64,000 nucleotides of DNA from Eledone cirrhosa (GCA_964016885.1 OZ024746.1:34968001-35032000); one strand, 5' to 3'; positions 14,147 to 28,761 are shown, numbered from the stretch's first letter. Notes: generated by a model from the letters alone, not told the origin. Program-made: numbers and translations.

Positions 14147-15285
14147 GCTATCTACCTATATATTTATCTTTCCCTCTCTCCCTCTTTATATATATATGTG
14201 TGTGAGAGCAAGTGAGAGATAAGCCTATAGTTATACGCTTATACACGTTACCATGTATATATCTATATTTTCGAACATATATACATAGTCATATATGCAT
14301 GCATTTCTGACAATGTATATGCATTTATAGTCTGGTATATACGGGCATGTTTATATAATTATACCAAGTATAGATAGTATCATAAGCTCCTACACATATA
14401 CTTATATACACTTACATGTATCAATATATATACTGATGTGCATACATGCATATCACACATATAGAAATATATATTCATATATCTATTCATACATACATAC
14501 ACATTATTTATATCGTTATATTACTTCATATATACCCATGGCTATAAATTCATGAAGCACATTCGAATATACACTTGACACTGAAATATCAAACACATGT
14601 ATATACATGCATGCATGTAGCTGTGTACACATCAAATTGCAGACATATGAACATATATGCACATACATATATACATAAATATAAATAGGAATGCCGTTAT
14701 GCATACACACCTTTATATATACATTATTGTACAAAAGAAACACGTATATTTAAATTGTTATATGTCTAACCAATTTGTTTTCAATAACATACATCATTAC
14801 CCTTGTATTCCCACCACCCTTTGTGACACATACTCCTTGAGTATGCATATATATATATAAGGTAGTAATATCTATGAATTGATTGTAATAGTTGTTATAT
14901 GGTCTCATTGATATGTAAAGAAAGGGAAGTTCCATAATTTGTCCAGTATATATTTATTTTTGCGTGATGCTATAATTTATTGTTATACTACATGTATAAC
15001 ACTTTGATTACAATATATAATTATTTCGTGTTCTGTAAATATTTCTGGGATATCACATTTGGAATACTTCATATGAGCACAGTAGGCATTTTCTACGTTA
15101 CTCATTATAGGGTTTAGTCATTTTCAAAATATTCCGTTCTAACGTGTATGATATTTTAAACCTTGCAGCAAAGAACTGTTCTTCTAGTTCGGTTGGGTGG
15201 CTGTATTAGCTAGTTTACTGTATCTGAAGGAGTGTGAATATAAAGAATACTGTTTCTGAGTTTCATCTCTCCAGTTTCGTAAATG

Positions 15286-15286
<1 letters not shown>

Positions 15287-15316
<30 letters not shown>

Positions 15317-15407
15317 CTTCTTCTTCTTCTTCTTCTTCTTCTTCTTCTTCTTCTTCTTCTTCTTCTTCTTCTTCTTCTTCTTCTTCTTCTTCTTCTTCTT
15401 CTTCTTC
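15287..15407. repeat. (TTC)n microsatellite
   Basis: Direct inspection. Confidence 0.95.
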
Positions 15408-15894
15408 GTTGTAGCTACTTGTGATTTATAAGACGTATATGAGAAATAACTACATTAGAAAAGTATGAAAATAAAAATATATGAAACAAATATCAGCTAC
15501 AAACCTCGTTATTGTATGAGATTTAATGATTATTCCGTTAGCCCTTTACATGAGAGTCATGTCTACATGTTATATATTTTTTTTATTTTTCGATTTGGTA
15601 TATCATATGTGTATATGCTATATACAATTTATTTACACAAATTCGTTTCCAAACACTCCTCTCCCCTTTCTTGGTATAGTTATTATTATATCCGCACACT
15701 CCTCCCTAGAATTACACATTACTACACTGACATAACACGCCGCTTCCTTCATGACTGGCCATAGGTTTACACATCAAATGGTGCATGGCTTGTCAAATCG
15801 TGTTAGGTAGAGTAGACCTTTACCGATGTATGACATTCACCTTATCTCCACCATTATTTTCGTCATTAAGAAACGGAGCAGTGTGTCACAACTC

Positions 15895-16020
15895 ATTTAT
15901 TCCAACTGGAGCTATCTGATATAAAGTGTCTTGCTCAAAGACACAACTCATTGCTTGGCTTAGGAGAAAGACGCATGAAATACGATCGTGAGGCGAACAG
16001 TCAAACCAGTGAAACGCGCT
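15895..16020 (-). mobile_element. Old tRNA-SINE remnant (second family)
   Basis: Minus strand has GTTGTGTCTTTGAGCAAGACACTTTA, typical of the post-tRNA region of metazoan SINE2s. Confidence 0.5.
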
Positions 16021-16447
16021 CCTTTACATTGTAATTAATATTAATCAAAATGTATTAATCTTTAAGAAGTATTTATAAGAAAGGATTATGTGGATACATT
16101 GAGGCGCTAAAACTCTATCGTTTAATTAACGGAAGTAATTATATATATAACACATTCATTCTAACAACATCAGTTCCTAATAACGAGAGATATAAATCAA
16201 GCATAAAGGAGAACTAATCAAAGTTTATATAAGTAACATAACTTCGAACATTCGACGCCAAACAAATATTGATGAATTTATTTCATGAGTGAAACATTTA
16301 ACACCAAACCGCTTCAAATAACTTCTATTATAATGATCAAATCTTGAACTGAAATCTCATTATTATATTTCAGTATTTAAATATATATATATATGTTTGA
16401 ATATACAGTATATGCATATATGTATGAGTATATTCACTGAATCACCT

Positions 16448-16510
<63 letters not shown>

Positions 16511-16554
16511 AAGTTAAATAAAAGTCAAATGATTAAAATTTAGCTTCGTTTATT

Positions 16555-16609
16555 ACTGCTATATATATTTCAGTGACAGCCATCTTTGGCTGTGACCTCT
16601 TCAGGCAGT
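16555..16609 (-). ncRNA. Hammerhead ribozyme (family X, inverted arm)
   Basis: Reverse complement of 16736-16790. Confidence 0.85.
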
Positions 16610-16735
16610 TTGAATTAGTATGGTATAGACAAGTACATATGTTGTTTAGGTGTATGATATTGTCAATACTCTGATATGCCCAGTTCCTTGTTGGGTTGTT
16701 AATTCACAGAGGAACTGGAGTCATATGTAATTCAA

Positions 16736-16790
16736 ACTGCCTGAAGAGGTCACAGCCAAAGATGGCTGTCACTGAAATATATATAGCAGT
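16736..16790 (+). ncRNA. Hammerhead ribozyme (family X)
   Basis: ACTGC-CTGAAGA-GGTCACAGCCA/aaga/TGGCTGTCACT-GAAA-TATATA-TA-GCAGT, followed by AATAAA. Confidence 0.85.
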
Positions 16791-17118
16791 AATAAACGAA
16801 GCTAAATTTTAATCATTTGACTTTTATTTAACTTTATTTTACACTACTCCGGAGTAACCAAACCAACCTGCGCACTTCGTCGAGTGCTCCAGCCTGCATA
16901 CTGAGGTGGTGGTATACAACCAACATAAACTCAAAATCTCTCTCTCTATATATATATATATATTTGCGGCCGCGGGAATGCGTAAGCGATAATCTTCCTT
17001 TCTAACTTCTCTAATACATAAGAAACCAAGTAACCAGCATTTCTCAAATTTTTTTCCGTCCTTTCTTCTTCTAACTCTCTATATTTTAATTTGAGAGAGA
17101 GAGATAGAGAGAGAGAAA

Positions 17119-17253
<135 letters not shown>

Positions 17254-17255
17254 TA

Positions 17256-17288
<33 letters not shown>

Positions 17289-18781
17289 GAGAGAGAGAGA
17301 GCTTAACTTGGCTGCTATATTGCAGGATATTTTGGCCCACCTGAATGCAGGAAATGCAAAGTTTGTATTTATTTTCACTATTTTAAGTCACCTCACAAAG
17401 GGGCTAGACAATTATTAACATTATTTTCTTCTGGAAATTCACCGATCTCAAGAGTTCTTGCCAACTCCACCTTCATATATAGAATATGTGACAGTCACCA
17501 CAACATTCTGACCTTGCGAACCATTATAGATCTAATCACTACAAAGATTTTATTCGATATTTTACTAACAGTGTCCTGGAAATTAACCGAATTCAAAAAA
17601 TTCCACAGCACTTCCATCCTCGAAAAGTAAATTCTATTGGCCACAAAATTCTAACCTAGCGACATATCTGCAGATTGAAACATGACGAAGAATTTATTCG
17701 ATATTCTCTCAGCCTGGAGGCATATATATCGAATCTAACTCTCCTTGCGAATATGTTTTATCTTATGCCGATACATTTAATCAATATTTGTAATGCTTCC
17801 ACCTTGCTATCTAGAGTATATTAAATGTTACGCAATATTACAGCAATTGATGGCAATATATCAAATGATATTTACTCTGTCACTAGATTTTAAAAACATA
17901 ACATCAAAATCCTGTTTTTCTTCATGATTCATGCTGAAATTGCAGCAAATTATCTTATTTTGAATACGCCACCATCGCTCTTTTTTTTTCTTAAAGCGAG
18001 AGGTCGTAGAGTAGACGAAATTCGCTGCTATTTACGAGACAATTATGTAGATCAAAGATAAACATCAAGATATGTTGAAAACACGAAAATATGTTTTCAT
18101 AAAAACAGCAGCAAAGTGAAAAGTACGGCACCAATCTTAAAGTATTTACGCCAAAATGAGTAGCAACAAAATGAAGGAGAAATATTTCAAAAACTTTTAA
18201 AAATAATATTATTTTGCTCTCAATCTCTTCGTTCAAATCTAATATTTTTTCAAAGATAGACTACTTAAAATTATGCGTAATTTATTATCTCTCAAAATCC
18301 AGAAATATATTCTGCTAAGGCATATATTTGATTTAACATGAAAGTTCAAGATAATATAATGTTAGTTTTATAGGAATATTAAGCTTATTTCGTTGGAGAA
18401 TTATAAATGTGAAATATTTTATGTAAATCTCTACAATATACCAGTTCAGTTACTTTTAAATATCAGAGTATTCACCGGGAAATATATTGCTAGTGACTAC
18501 ATAGAATGATAGGGAGAGAAAGAAGGCATGTGCATTAGCGTATGTCAGCTGCCCCGCCGATTCCTAAATAATATTAAAGATTAACGAAAAGGAGAAGATC
18601 TATGCAGATCTAATGAGGGATTTGTAGATGCCTTCAGATTTATACCTGTGACTATTTGATCACTGTGATATGTTACGAACTGCCACAGTACAAATGTTGA
18701 GAAGCAGGGCTTCATAGAACCAGAAAGAACGCGACTATTTATGAAGCTACAACGTTATATCTATATCTATCTATCTATCTA

Positions 18782-19163
18782 TTGATTCTTTTTTTCAAAT
18801 ACCACTTTGGAAGAAGAATCAGGATGGAGAGAGAGGTGCTGTACCCCAGCAAGTTTTATGAAAGGTGGGTGAAAGTGGCGAGAATGGCCCGAGTTAATGG
18901 GCCTTCTCTCTATATCAGCCTGTAGGTTGAGGAAAAGGAGGAGGAGAGGAAAGGAGTACAAGCTCTTCGTACTCCTGGAGATGAGGGTTGCACATTTTTT
19001 TTCGGGGGTATGTGTTACCCATATAAACTGTCTCCCTCTATTGGGGAAAATCGACTAACTTTTAAATTCCATCTGTGATAACATTTTACACGTTTTTATT
19101 GTATGTAAACTTCCCCCTTTGTATTTGTCCCCTTCTTTTGTGCCCCTGTGGCTAATAAAGAAA
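18782..19163 (+). mobile_element. LINE 3' end (ORF C-terminus, 3' UTR, AATAAA) in (TCTA)n
   Basis: Near-identical to 36533-36915. Encodes FFKYHFGRRIRMEREVL...ERWVKV (L1/Tx1-like C-terminus). Confidence 0.7.
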
Positions 19164-19175
19164 TATATCTATCTA

Positions 19176-19211
<36 letters not shown>

Positions 19212-19212
<1 letters not shown>

Positions 19213-19674
19213 CGGCGATGACACAACACTATACACACTAGTCACACATCACACATAACACTATACACACACGCAAACGCATGCGCAAAGAAGACAAAAA
19301 AAAAAATAAAAATAAAAAAAAAATAAGATAAACAAACAAGCAAATAAATAAATAAATATATAGACAGACTGAATAAAAAATGGCGTAGGCATACAACACA
19401 ACAGGAGGAACAATGAATATAACACCACTGACGATGTTGCAGATGTGCAACGAAAGATTTATGTAAATTATGTAAACTATATATATATATATGTGTTTGT
19501 GTCTATATTGTATCTGTATTATTTTTGACCGCCGCTCAGTCAATGGCAACATTGAGGACCGAGTAAGTTAGATCGCAGATATAATAAAAGACAGCGAGAT
19601 GCGAAAACCAACCAAACAGTGAGTGTGTTCTGTTATTAATTCTGGCAATATTACGCAAATATGACCCTCCCCAA

Positions 19675-19677
<3 letters not shown>
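19212..19677 (+). mobile_element. PLE-type 3' UTR/pLTR with hammerhead
   Basis: CTGACGA-tGTTGCA/gatg/TGCAAC-GAAA at 19428-19455. Terminus resembles 7280-7305. Inverted relative at 21583-21828. (TA)n flanks. Confidence 0.7.
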
Positions 19678-19763
<86 letters not shown>

Positions 19764-20846
19764 TAACGTTGTCTAGATATGTTAAAAAATCGATTGTCTT
19801 TTGATTCCTTCTATAGTTAGGATTGTTTAAATAGTTACAATCGAATACATATTGTGATAACCACAATAATATTAAAGATTAAATGATTAAAAATAGGAAG
19901 GATTGTTTGATCTTTAATTGTTTCTTATCAAATCCGAACGTATATCGGTCATATCAGTCTTGTTACTACTAAATTCATATAGAAATTTGTGAAACCGTAT
20001 CAGGTTTTGTTTTAAATATTATCACCGTTTTGTGGGATGCAAGTATTTTTATCAGATAGAATGTTTTTTCTGTCATGCTATCAACAGTATAAAAGAAATT
20101 AGTTAGCATTAGTCCTATGTATTTTTTATGAACCTGAAAGAAACTATTGACGTATGATTCCTTAATATTTCCAGGCCAAATATAAGGCTACTTTATTCAG
20201 CTATATTCATTTTAATAAGAATGTAACATCATGGAAACTCCGAAAATATATTCGTAGTTAAATATAACTGATTCCTTTTTCTTTTTGTATATAGCAATGC
20301 AGGAAATATGATACCAAAACTAGAATCTTTTATCCTTTCACATGCCAATACTAATCTCTATGGGAGATTAGCAATAACTAACTAAAAATACTGCATTATG
20401 CCATTCCCTCAGTTTCTTTCTTCCGGACATAAATCATTCCGACATATTTTAGACCTGAAAATAAGTACACTATAAATAACAACAACACCAACAGGAAAAA
20501 CAACAACAACTAGAATATTAATAATAATAATAATGGATTCGATGATACGGTAGGGGAAGAGCAACTGGAAGGAAAGGATGGGAGAAAACGCCGTAGAATT
20601 TTTTCTATTGGCAAAAAGCGACAAAAATATATGTAACGAATACTGACAGACACAATACCACAAGGTATATACGACTAATCTACTCCAGTACTTTCCTGGT
20701 ACTTAACGACAACAAAAACAAAAAAAATGACCATTATATTGATAATTTCTTTATAAGCCACATGGGCTCAAACGTAATAGGTACGGTACAATGCACAATA
20801 TACAAAAAAATGGGTTTATGTATATTATATAATATAATATACATAT

Positions 20847-20884
<38 letters not shown>

Positions 20885-21016
20885 GTATAAAGAGAGAGAG
20901 AGAGAGATCCTCCGGTGAAAAGGCTTGTCGAATACAATCTGAAACCGCTTGGCTTCTCCGTCGGCTTCTTCTCTCTCTCCCTCTCTCTCTCTCACTTTCC
21001 CTCTCTCTAACACACA

Positions 21017-21088
<72 letters not shown>

Positions 21089-21152
21089 CTTATATTTATG
21101 TATCAGCTATGCTAGGGCGAGAAATAAAATTCTGATATATATATATATATAT

Positions 21153-21524
21153 ATAGAAAGATTTGAATGGATACAGTTTAGTTGAAAGGAATTTATTGAC
21201 ACGTGTTTCTATAACAGTTACATAACCTAAAACAGCTATCTACAAACTTTTAGTTATGCAGACATTCTGATGAATGACAGTAAATAATAACATTGAAATA
21301 TTGAATGTCTGCATAACTAAAAGTTTGTAGATAGCTGTTTTAGGTTATGTAACTGTTATAGAAACACGTGTCAATAAATTCCTTTCAACTAAACTGTATC
21401 CATTCAAATCTTTCTATTTTTCTCCGGATTACTTTTGGAACTACAACTGGAACCGTCGAGCAAACTCTACGTGAGCTGATAACCTACTGTGTGTAATATT
21501 TATATTACAACACAACGGAAAATA

Positions 21525-21527
<3 letters not shown>
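21153..21527. mobile_element. Fold-back element (family C) with long-stem-II hammerhead
   Basis: Perfect arms 21153-21267/21303-21417 and a 110-bp tail. CTGATGA at 21267, GAAA-CACGTG-TC-AATAAA at 21361. Confidence 0.9.
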
Positions 21528-21582
<55 letters not shown>

Positions 21583-21588
<6 letters not shown>

Positions 21589-21828
21589 ATACTTGCGGAG
21601 GGTCATATTGTTGTAATTATTATTGCCAGAATTAATAACAGAACACACTCACTGTCTGGTTGGTTTTCGCTTCTGTATCTTTTATATCAGTTAATTTATT
21701 CTGTCCTCCATACTTACCATTGACTGACCAACGGTCAAAAATACAGATATAATATAGACACAAACACATATATATAGTCTAACAAACTTCTTTCGTTGCA
21801 CATCTGCACTGCAGTGCTTCAGTCGACT
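21583..21828 (-). mobile_element. Second copy of the 19.4-kb pLTR family
   Basis: Reverse-complement similarity to 19430-19677, with a decayed CTGAAGC core. Confidence 0.75.
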
Positions 21829-22129
21829 CCAAGGAAGTGGTTGTAGGGGGTTATCTACCGGGAGGCCCTATAATCAATATCAGGAAAAATGAAAGTGCCC
21901 ATGACCATCCGGAGTACATAAGTAACCTATGTCTTAAGTTTGGTGAACATACTATAGAAATGCATAAGGTTTACACACACGCCCACGCGCCCGCGTGTGT
22001 GTGTGTGTTTGTGTGTGTGTATGTATTTGTCTGTGCGTATGTATATCTATGTGTATGTCCGTCGGCGCATACGTATGTACTGGCCTACATCTTCACTATT
22101 TACTTTTACTATTTTAAAGCAAAGTTAAA

Positions 22130-22235
22130 ATCCCGTCGAGGGTAACTTTGCCTTTCATCCTTAAGGGGTCGATAAAATAAAGTATCAGTATTGTACTGGA
22201 TAATTACTGACCTTGTGGCAAAACTAGAAACAACT
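22130..22235 (+). mobile_element. SINE family S, 3' half
   Basis: AACTTTGCCTTTCATCCTTAAGGGGTCGATAAAATAAAG. Confidence 0.8.
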
Positions 22236-22239
22236 ATTT

Positions 22240-22600
22240 TAATAACCTCTGTCATTTTCGTTTACAATTTTATTTACATCATTCTTAAACTCAGGGGCCG
22301 GAAATCATTCGGTTATTTTAAATAGAATATTAGTCTAACGACTCCATTTACACCATAAACTTGTTCTTGTCTTTGCATGAAATTGTTCTTCTCGGTCCAC
22401 ATAACAACGTATTATCCTCGCTTTTTTTTCCGTTCATTACGAGGGAACGTCTTCACGAACCAAAATATCGTCTTCCTGTTTTTCTTCGGTTGCAACGTTT
22501 CTCAAAATATTTAATTCTGCGTTCACAGTTTAAATTTTTTAGTTTCAGAAGATCCCGTTAATGTTGAAAGCAGCAATTCTTTGCTTAAACTTTCTTTATT
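22240..22600 (+). mobile_element. Family Y (PLE 3' UTR/pLTR) copy
   Basis: Homologous to 59045-59520 (reverse). CAGAAGA hammerhead variant at 22542-22590. Confidence 0.85.
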
Positions 22601-22711
22601 TCTCAAACCTTCTCCCTTTTTTCTCATACCCTCTCTCTCTCTCTCACTCATTCCCCCTCTCTCTCTCTTCCGCTACAGAATGGACAACAATAAAGAACGC
22701 GCAGATCTCGA

Positions 22712-22791
<80 letters not shown>

Positions 22792-22801
22792 TCTCTCTCT
22801 A

Positions 22802-22835
<34 letters not shown>

Positions 22836-23444
22836 TATCTGTATAACGACCTATCTCACTCTCTCTACATCTCCCTTTCTCTCTTTAGATGTATATGTAT
22901 ATGTGTGTGTGTGTGTGTGTGTGTGATATATATATATAGAGAGAGAGTTGCAACATGTATGTAGTTTCATAGATTTTTTAGGATAGTAGTGAGAGTGAAT
23001 AAGCGTGTAAGAGAGTGTGTTACAGCATGTATTTAGTTTTATCGAATTTTTCATAGTAGCGGGAAGTGTTTGGCAAAGTTTAATACGCGTTGACCGTCGT
23101 TGGTAAATTTGCAGCACATTGGGAAAACATCATCGTAATCGGTAGAGAAATGTGTAAATGCATTAAAATCATACACACACGCAGACAGACATCTTCGGTT
23201 TTATATATAGAGAGATGTTCATCTAGTATGACTAATTGGTGGGAAGTTTTACTCAGGATTTTCAGAAAGATCACCATTAGTACAACAGTTTTGTTATGGA
23301 TCTCTTAAATTAGTGTGGATTCCATAAATGAAGAAACATAATACGGTATTCTTTAATACTTTATTGTATAGAACTGGTGGGAAGGAATAGCTTGGCGTTT
23401 ACTACATATTTCATGCACAGAGATGTAAAAGTACATCTAGAAAT

Positions 23445-23520
<76 letters not shown>

Positions 23521-23537
23521 GCATATATATATATATT

Positions 23538-23625
<88 letters not shown>

Positions 23626-24249
23626 TGTATGTCCGTATGCGCACACGCACATACATGTGTCTACATATACATATGGCTGTGTGTGGGGGTGTGTCGATAT
23701 GTGTGGGCAAGGATGTGCGTATGTGTTTCGTGGTGTGTGTGTTTATACAACAATATGTGTGCACATATATACCTATATGTGTGTGCGTATACGTATATAC
23801 AAAGCATCTGTCAGACGATGAGCGTCTAGCTATGTATCTAGGTAATGACCTTGACGCCACCAATACATCCGCCACACAACCACAAACGCCACTACCATAG
23901 ACAGCGGCACCAATACCACACCCCACACACACGCCAACTCACTAACCTCATACCACAGCCCATCCCACTAAGCAACCATACCCACCACCATATCATAACA
24001 TCCACCACACATACTCTACAAGCCAAGGCCAATCAACCACCACCACACCACAGCCCCTCTCATCCACCCATCGTCACCAATATATCACCATCACACCCAC
24101 CCCTATATACACTACAGGTCAGTACTTCGCCTTGACCCTTCCCACCAATCACAACAACTCATTTTGTCAAACTCTTGAATATCTGACTTTATCACATAGC
24201 ATGTATTTCATTTTCTTATACCATTTTAAGAAGGTCCGTCGAGCTGCGG

Positions 24250-24473
<224 letters not shown>

Positions 24474-24481
24474 TTATATCT

Positions 24482-25040
24482 ATTAAAATAAAAGATTAAA
24501 GTTTAAGCAAATAATGGCTACTTTTGCCCTGAAACTAACAAAGTCAATCTGTGAACGCAGAAGTGAATATTTCAAAAAAAAGTTGCAACCGGAATAAGAC
24601 AGGTATTATTATCTTCGTTTTATTTCGTTCATTGCCAGATAACGTCTCTATGAACCACCTAATAAAATATTAGTCTACGACTTCTTTTATACCGTAAACG
24701 TGGTTTTGTCTTTGCGTCTAATTGTTTTTCACCGCTCCAAATAATGACGTATTATATTCGTTTTTTCCCGTTCTTTGCCAGGGAACGTTTCCACGAACCA
24801 AAGTATCGTCTTCCTGACTCCCTCCGGTTGCAACGTTTTTTGAAATATTCACTTCTGCGTTCACAGATTGACTTTGTTAGTTTCAGAAGATCCCGTTGAG
24901 GGTGAAAGCAGCGATTCTTTGCTTAAACTTTAATCTGTTATTTTCATAAATATTTGCTCTACGGTTCTTATATATTTGATATGTATTTATCCTTATCTAG
25001 CCCTCTTTGGATTTTAGTCTTCAAATGTATTATTATTACT
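24482..25040. mobile_element. Family Y fold-back insertion
   Basis: Inverted arm ~24482-24605 vs ~24812-24950. Hammerhead variant 24880-24928. Tail ends TTATTATTAC-(TA)n. Confidence 0.9.
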
Positions 25041-25544
25041 ATATATATATATATATTCAGGTTTGAGCTTCACCACTGGATAGAGCTGGTCAATTCCGCA
25101 TGGTCAATCTTAATGTAATAATATGGAGAGTACTCAACGTAAAGCAGTTTAACCGTCTTTGTTTTTGTAGTTGATTTCCATATCTTTCGCTAGGCGATAT
25201 CACTCGGAGTGGATAGGCTGCGCAAGCCTGTAGTCACCGCATGCTGTTTGACGGCTAAACAAATACATAATCTTTACTCTCTAATAAAATTTAGGTTTCT
25301 TCATAAAAGACTCTTTCTTTGCTTAAACCTCGCAACCTTAAAATGGTAAACTGTTTAACTTTCAATTTTCTAATTTCTTTAATTTTATAATATTAATATT
25401 AAATATTAATTTTTTAACTTCATCCTATAAATCTAAACAAAAATGTAACGTTCCAATCTTCTGCTCACACATTATAACATACAGACCCGCACTATATTTA
25501 CCTCTGCTATGATACGGGTCCCTTAGAAAAAAATATTTTCGCGC

Positions 25545-26002
25545 CATTCCTGGCCTGACTGTAGTCTGACATTAGTACCGACCTTTCTTCCTCTTTCTTT
25601 CTGTCTTCTTGTAGCACCACATTAACCCTGACTTTTCTTCTTCTTCCTTTTCATCCTTCTCTTTCCCCTTCTTTCTGTCTTTCTTCTTGTGGCATGATAT
25701 TAATGCTGACTTATCTTCCTCTCCCTTTTTGTCTGCCTATATTTGACCGGTAGTAGTTGTTAAGATACGGGTCCATTATAATAAATTGTTTTTTTCGTGA
25801 CATCCCTGGCCTGACTGTAGTTTGACATTAGTACCGACCTTTCTTCCTCTTTCTTTCTGTCTTTCTTCTTGTAGCTGGACACTAACCGTGACTTTTCTTC
25901 TTCTTCCTTTTCTTCCTTCCCCCTTCTTTTTTCTTGTGCCATGATATTAACGCTGACTTATCTCTTCTCCCTTTCTGTTTTCCTCTATTTGACCGGTAGT
26001 AG
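25545..26002. repeat. Two-copy direct repeat (~250-bp unit)
   Basis: CCTGGCCTGACTGTAGTYTGACATTAGTACCGACC...TATTTGACCGGTAGTAG occurs twice. Confidence 0.85.
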
Positions 26003-26134
26003 CACACTATAAGCTTTAGCCACCTCACTCGAGGGCGACCGGCAAAGGTGGAAGATGCTGGAAGGCGGTCGTCCCCGGTCTTTGATTTTCAGCCACATGG
26101 ATTTCATCTATTACATTCATTTATTATATTTCGA

Positions 26135-26192
26135 ATACCTGATGATATCACCGGATTCATACGGAACCCGGTCATTGAAATGATCATAGTAT
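26135..26192 (+). ncRNA. Minimal hammerhead ribozyme
   Basis: ATAC-CTGATGA-..ACCGG/../CCGGT..-GAAA-TGATCA-TA-GTAT, then AATAAA, and (TA)n about 50 nt later. Confidence 0.8.
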
Positions 26193-26238
26193 AATAAACC
26201 TTTCAAGGATTTACACAAGTCCAGCCTCCTGTCATTTC

Positions 26239-26276
<38 letters not shown>

Positions 26277-26278
<2 letters not shown>

Positions 26279-26858
26279 TGGCTGCCAACTCGTTTTCGAG
26301 TACGGCCATTACTTTATATCCATGTAGGAGAACCCCCACCGATGCGCTGAACGAGTGTGACTTTTTAGTCCAGCCAGCGACTTGAAAACTCTGGTACAAA
26401 CACTACACTTGTGACAATTATTGACACTTAGTGCTGGGCCCATGGTACCATGTGACCACAAGTGCAGAGAGATCTCCAGATATAAAGCAATGCCTGTGCC
26501 GTGAAGCTTTTATAGTGAGCAAAGGCACTGCACAAAGCCAGTCCCACTCTCTTAACCAAGATGATATTTACCAAAAAGAAGAACAAGTCAACATCATTGG
26601 ATACCACCAGGGTTGCAGGTGTTATATCAGAGTTTTCCTTCTCCTAGAATTCTGCCTTGACAAAGGCTAAAGGGTCATCTCTCCCGGTGATTTTAGATGG
26701 CCATTGACTCTTAAGAGCTCCTTTGCCCTTTGACAGGTTTTGTTTTTAGTCCTGCAGGATGTCCAAAGTCACCCTCCTCACCAAGAAATCTTGGTGGGGT
26801 TGCCAGTTTAGTCGCCAACGACCCGACCATGAGACAGGTTGTACTGGGATACATGTTA

Positions 26859-26860
<2 letters not shown>
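26277..26860 (-). mobile_element. RTE-like 5' UTR-derived element
   Basis: Minus strand has GGCAGAATTCTAGGAGAAGGAAAACTCTGA, resembling the motif I recall from RTE 5' UTRs. Possible HDV-like fold at its 5' end. (TA)n on both sides. Confidence 0.5.
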
Positions 26861-26897
<37 letters not shown>

Positions 26898-26904
26898 TAT
26901 ATAT

Positions 26905-27216
26905 TTTGAGTATATGTTGGTTGTTGAGTATATGTTGGAGCACTCGACAAAGTTCGCAGGTTGGTTTCTTTGCTCCGGTGTAATGTAAAATAATTAAGTC
27001 AAATAGGTAAAATTTGGCTTCGATTATTATACGTTATAGATATACTGGTATATATATTATGGTGACAGCCGTCAATCGCTGTGACGTCTTCAGGCAGTCC
27101 GAATTGGTGTGGTAGAGAGAGGCACACATGTTGTTTAAGTGTGTTTTACTCCGTCAATACTCCGATATATCCAGCTCCTGGTTGCGTTGTTATTACTCTG
27201 AGGAACTGGAATCATA
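26905..27216 (-). mobile_element. Family X solo copy with tail, decayed hammerhead
   Basis: Aligns with 16504-16727 plus the tail. CTGAAGA on the minus strand at ~27087-27093. Confidence 0.8.
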
Positions 27217-27223
27217 TTATTAT

Positions 27224-27267
<44 letters not shown>

Positions 27268-28407
27268 GATTGACACACTTGTTGGAATAGAACAATAGGA
27301 CTGCTTAAAGATAATGTTTGATGAAGGACATCTGAATGGGATGTAACTCTTATTCTTACAAATGCTTATACTAAGCAGCACAACTTAAACAATACTGTTC
27401 ATTATATAACATTTTCGATTCAAATGCCAAAGATTGAACATTTATTTTGCTAATAGCAGTAGCAGCGGAGTATCCTATATATGACAAACTAAAGGTTTAT
27501 AGCGTAAATTTTATGTAGGAAAGTGAAGTCCTAGATATATAAAATGCTTGTTGATCACATTTGGAAAGCTTTTAACAAAGGATCATTTTAAGCTAAACAA
27601 CTAAAACAACCACAATGATTACATTCCATATAACACAACACAATTTAAGTTCATGAATTCAAAAAAATCCTCCTTTTTCTCTTTTTAACATACACTTTCA
27701 AATCAACATCAAATAAATATTCTGTTTTGTTTATTTCTCATCAAATGTAGCTAATAAAATTTACCTCTTCAAATGCAACATCTGAATTTCTATACACGTT
27801 TTGCGACGCAACACCTGGGTCATTGATTCTCACTGTACTGAATTATCTTTACATTTATAGTTTTCGTGGTCAAACAAACTGACAGTAAATAGCTATCATT
27901 TATAAGTATACTTAGTCACTCTGGAATCAATTGTATTTATACACATAACCTGGATACATCTAAGTAGATGAATCACATAATAGATAGAAGAATTACATAA
28001 TTATATTCAGACATGTAATAAAAGTACTTCAAACACAAAAACCTACATATAGAGGCAAGTCAATGCGCACATATTCACACAGACAAGCACATTCCATTGC
28101 CAGGCGCCCATATGTACAAGTGTTCTTAAGTTGATAACGAAAATAAACATCAACTGGAGAACAGAACAAACACATAGCAAAATATTTATTATAATAACCA
28201 TAACACTTATTTCATAGTTGCCCAAGTTATAGCTTCTAGAATATATGTGTAAGTACATATTGTATTCAGAAACAAATATATCAATATTACTGATTTATTT
28301 CATTTCTTTATTGAAATGTTTTCGACTTCTTCGTGTTCATCATGGTAGACTCATCTAACCTAACTCATATATATACATATGCATATATATATATTCGGAT
28401 ATAGGCC

Positions 28408-28463
<56 letters not shown>

Positions 28464-28469
28464 AATATG

Positions 28470-28520
<51 letters not shown>

Positions 28521-28530
<10 letters not shown>

Positions 28531-28761
28531 CGAAAAATAAGAAAATTATAAAATTAACTTACTTACTAAAATTTTCACTTCCACTTGGAAGTGATATTTT
28601 AGTAAGTAAGTTAATTTTATAATTTTCTTATTTTTCGTCTTTTATATTATTGTTCTACAACCCCATGCATTGAACCACACTGTTATTAAGACAAAACCTA
28701 TATATTTGCTAGCATTGATATGCATCTGTATGTATATATATGTTACTAGATATGAATTCTT

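Larger units (their letters stand above)
16504..16935. mobile_element. Fold-back element, family X
   Basis: Essentially perfect arms 16504-16617/16728-16841, 110-bp spacer and ~95-bp unpaired tail. Sits in (TA)n. Confidence 0.9.

Noticed and set aside
17430-17760. Degenerate ~143-bp tandem repeats as coding repeats or a CRISPR-like array
   Set aside because: Highly decayed, with no open frame and no constant repeat/unique spacer pattern.
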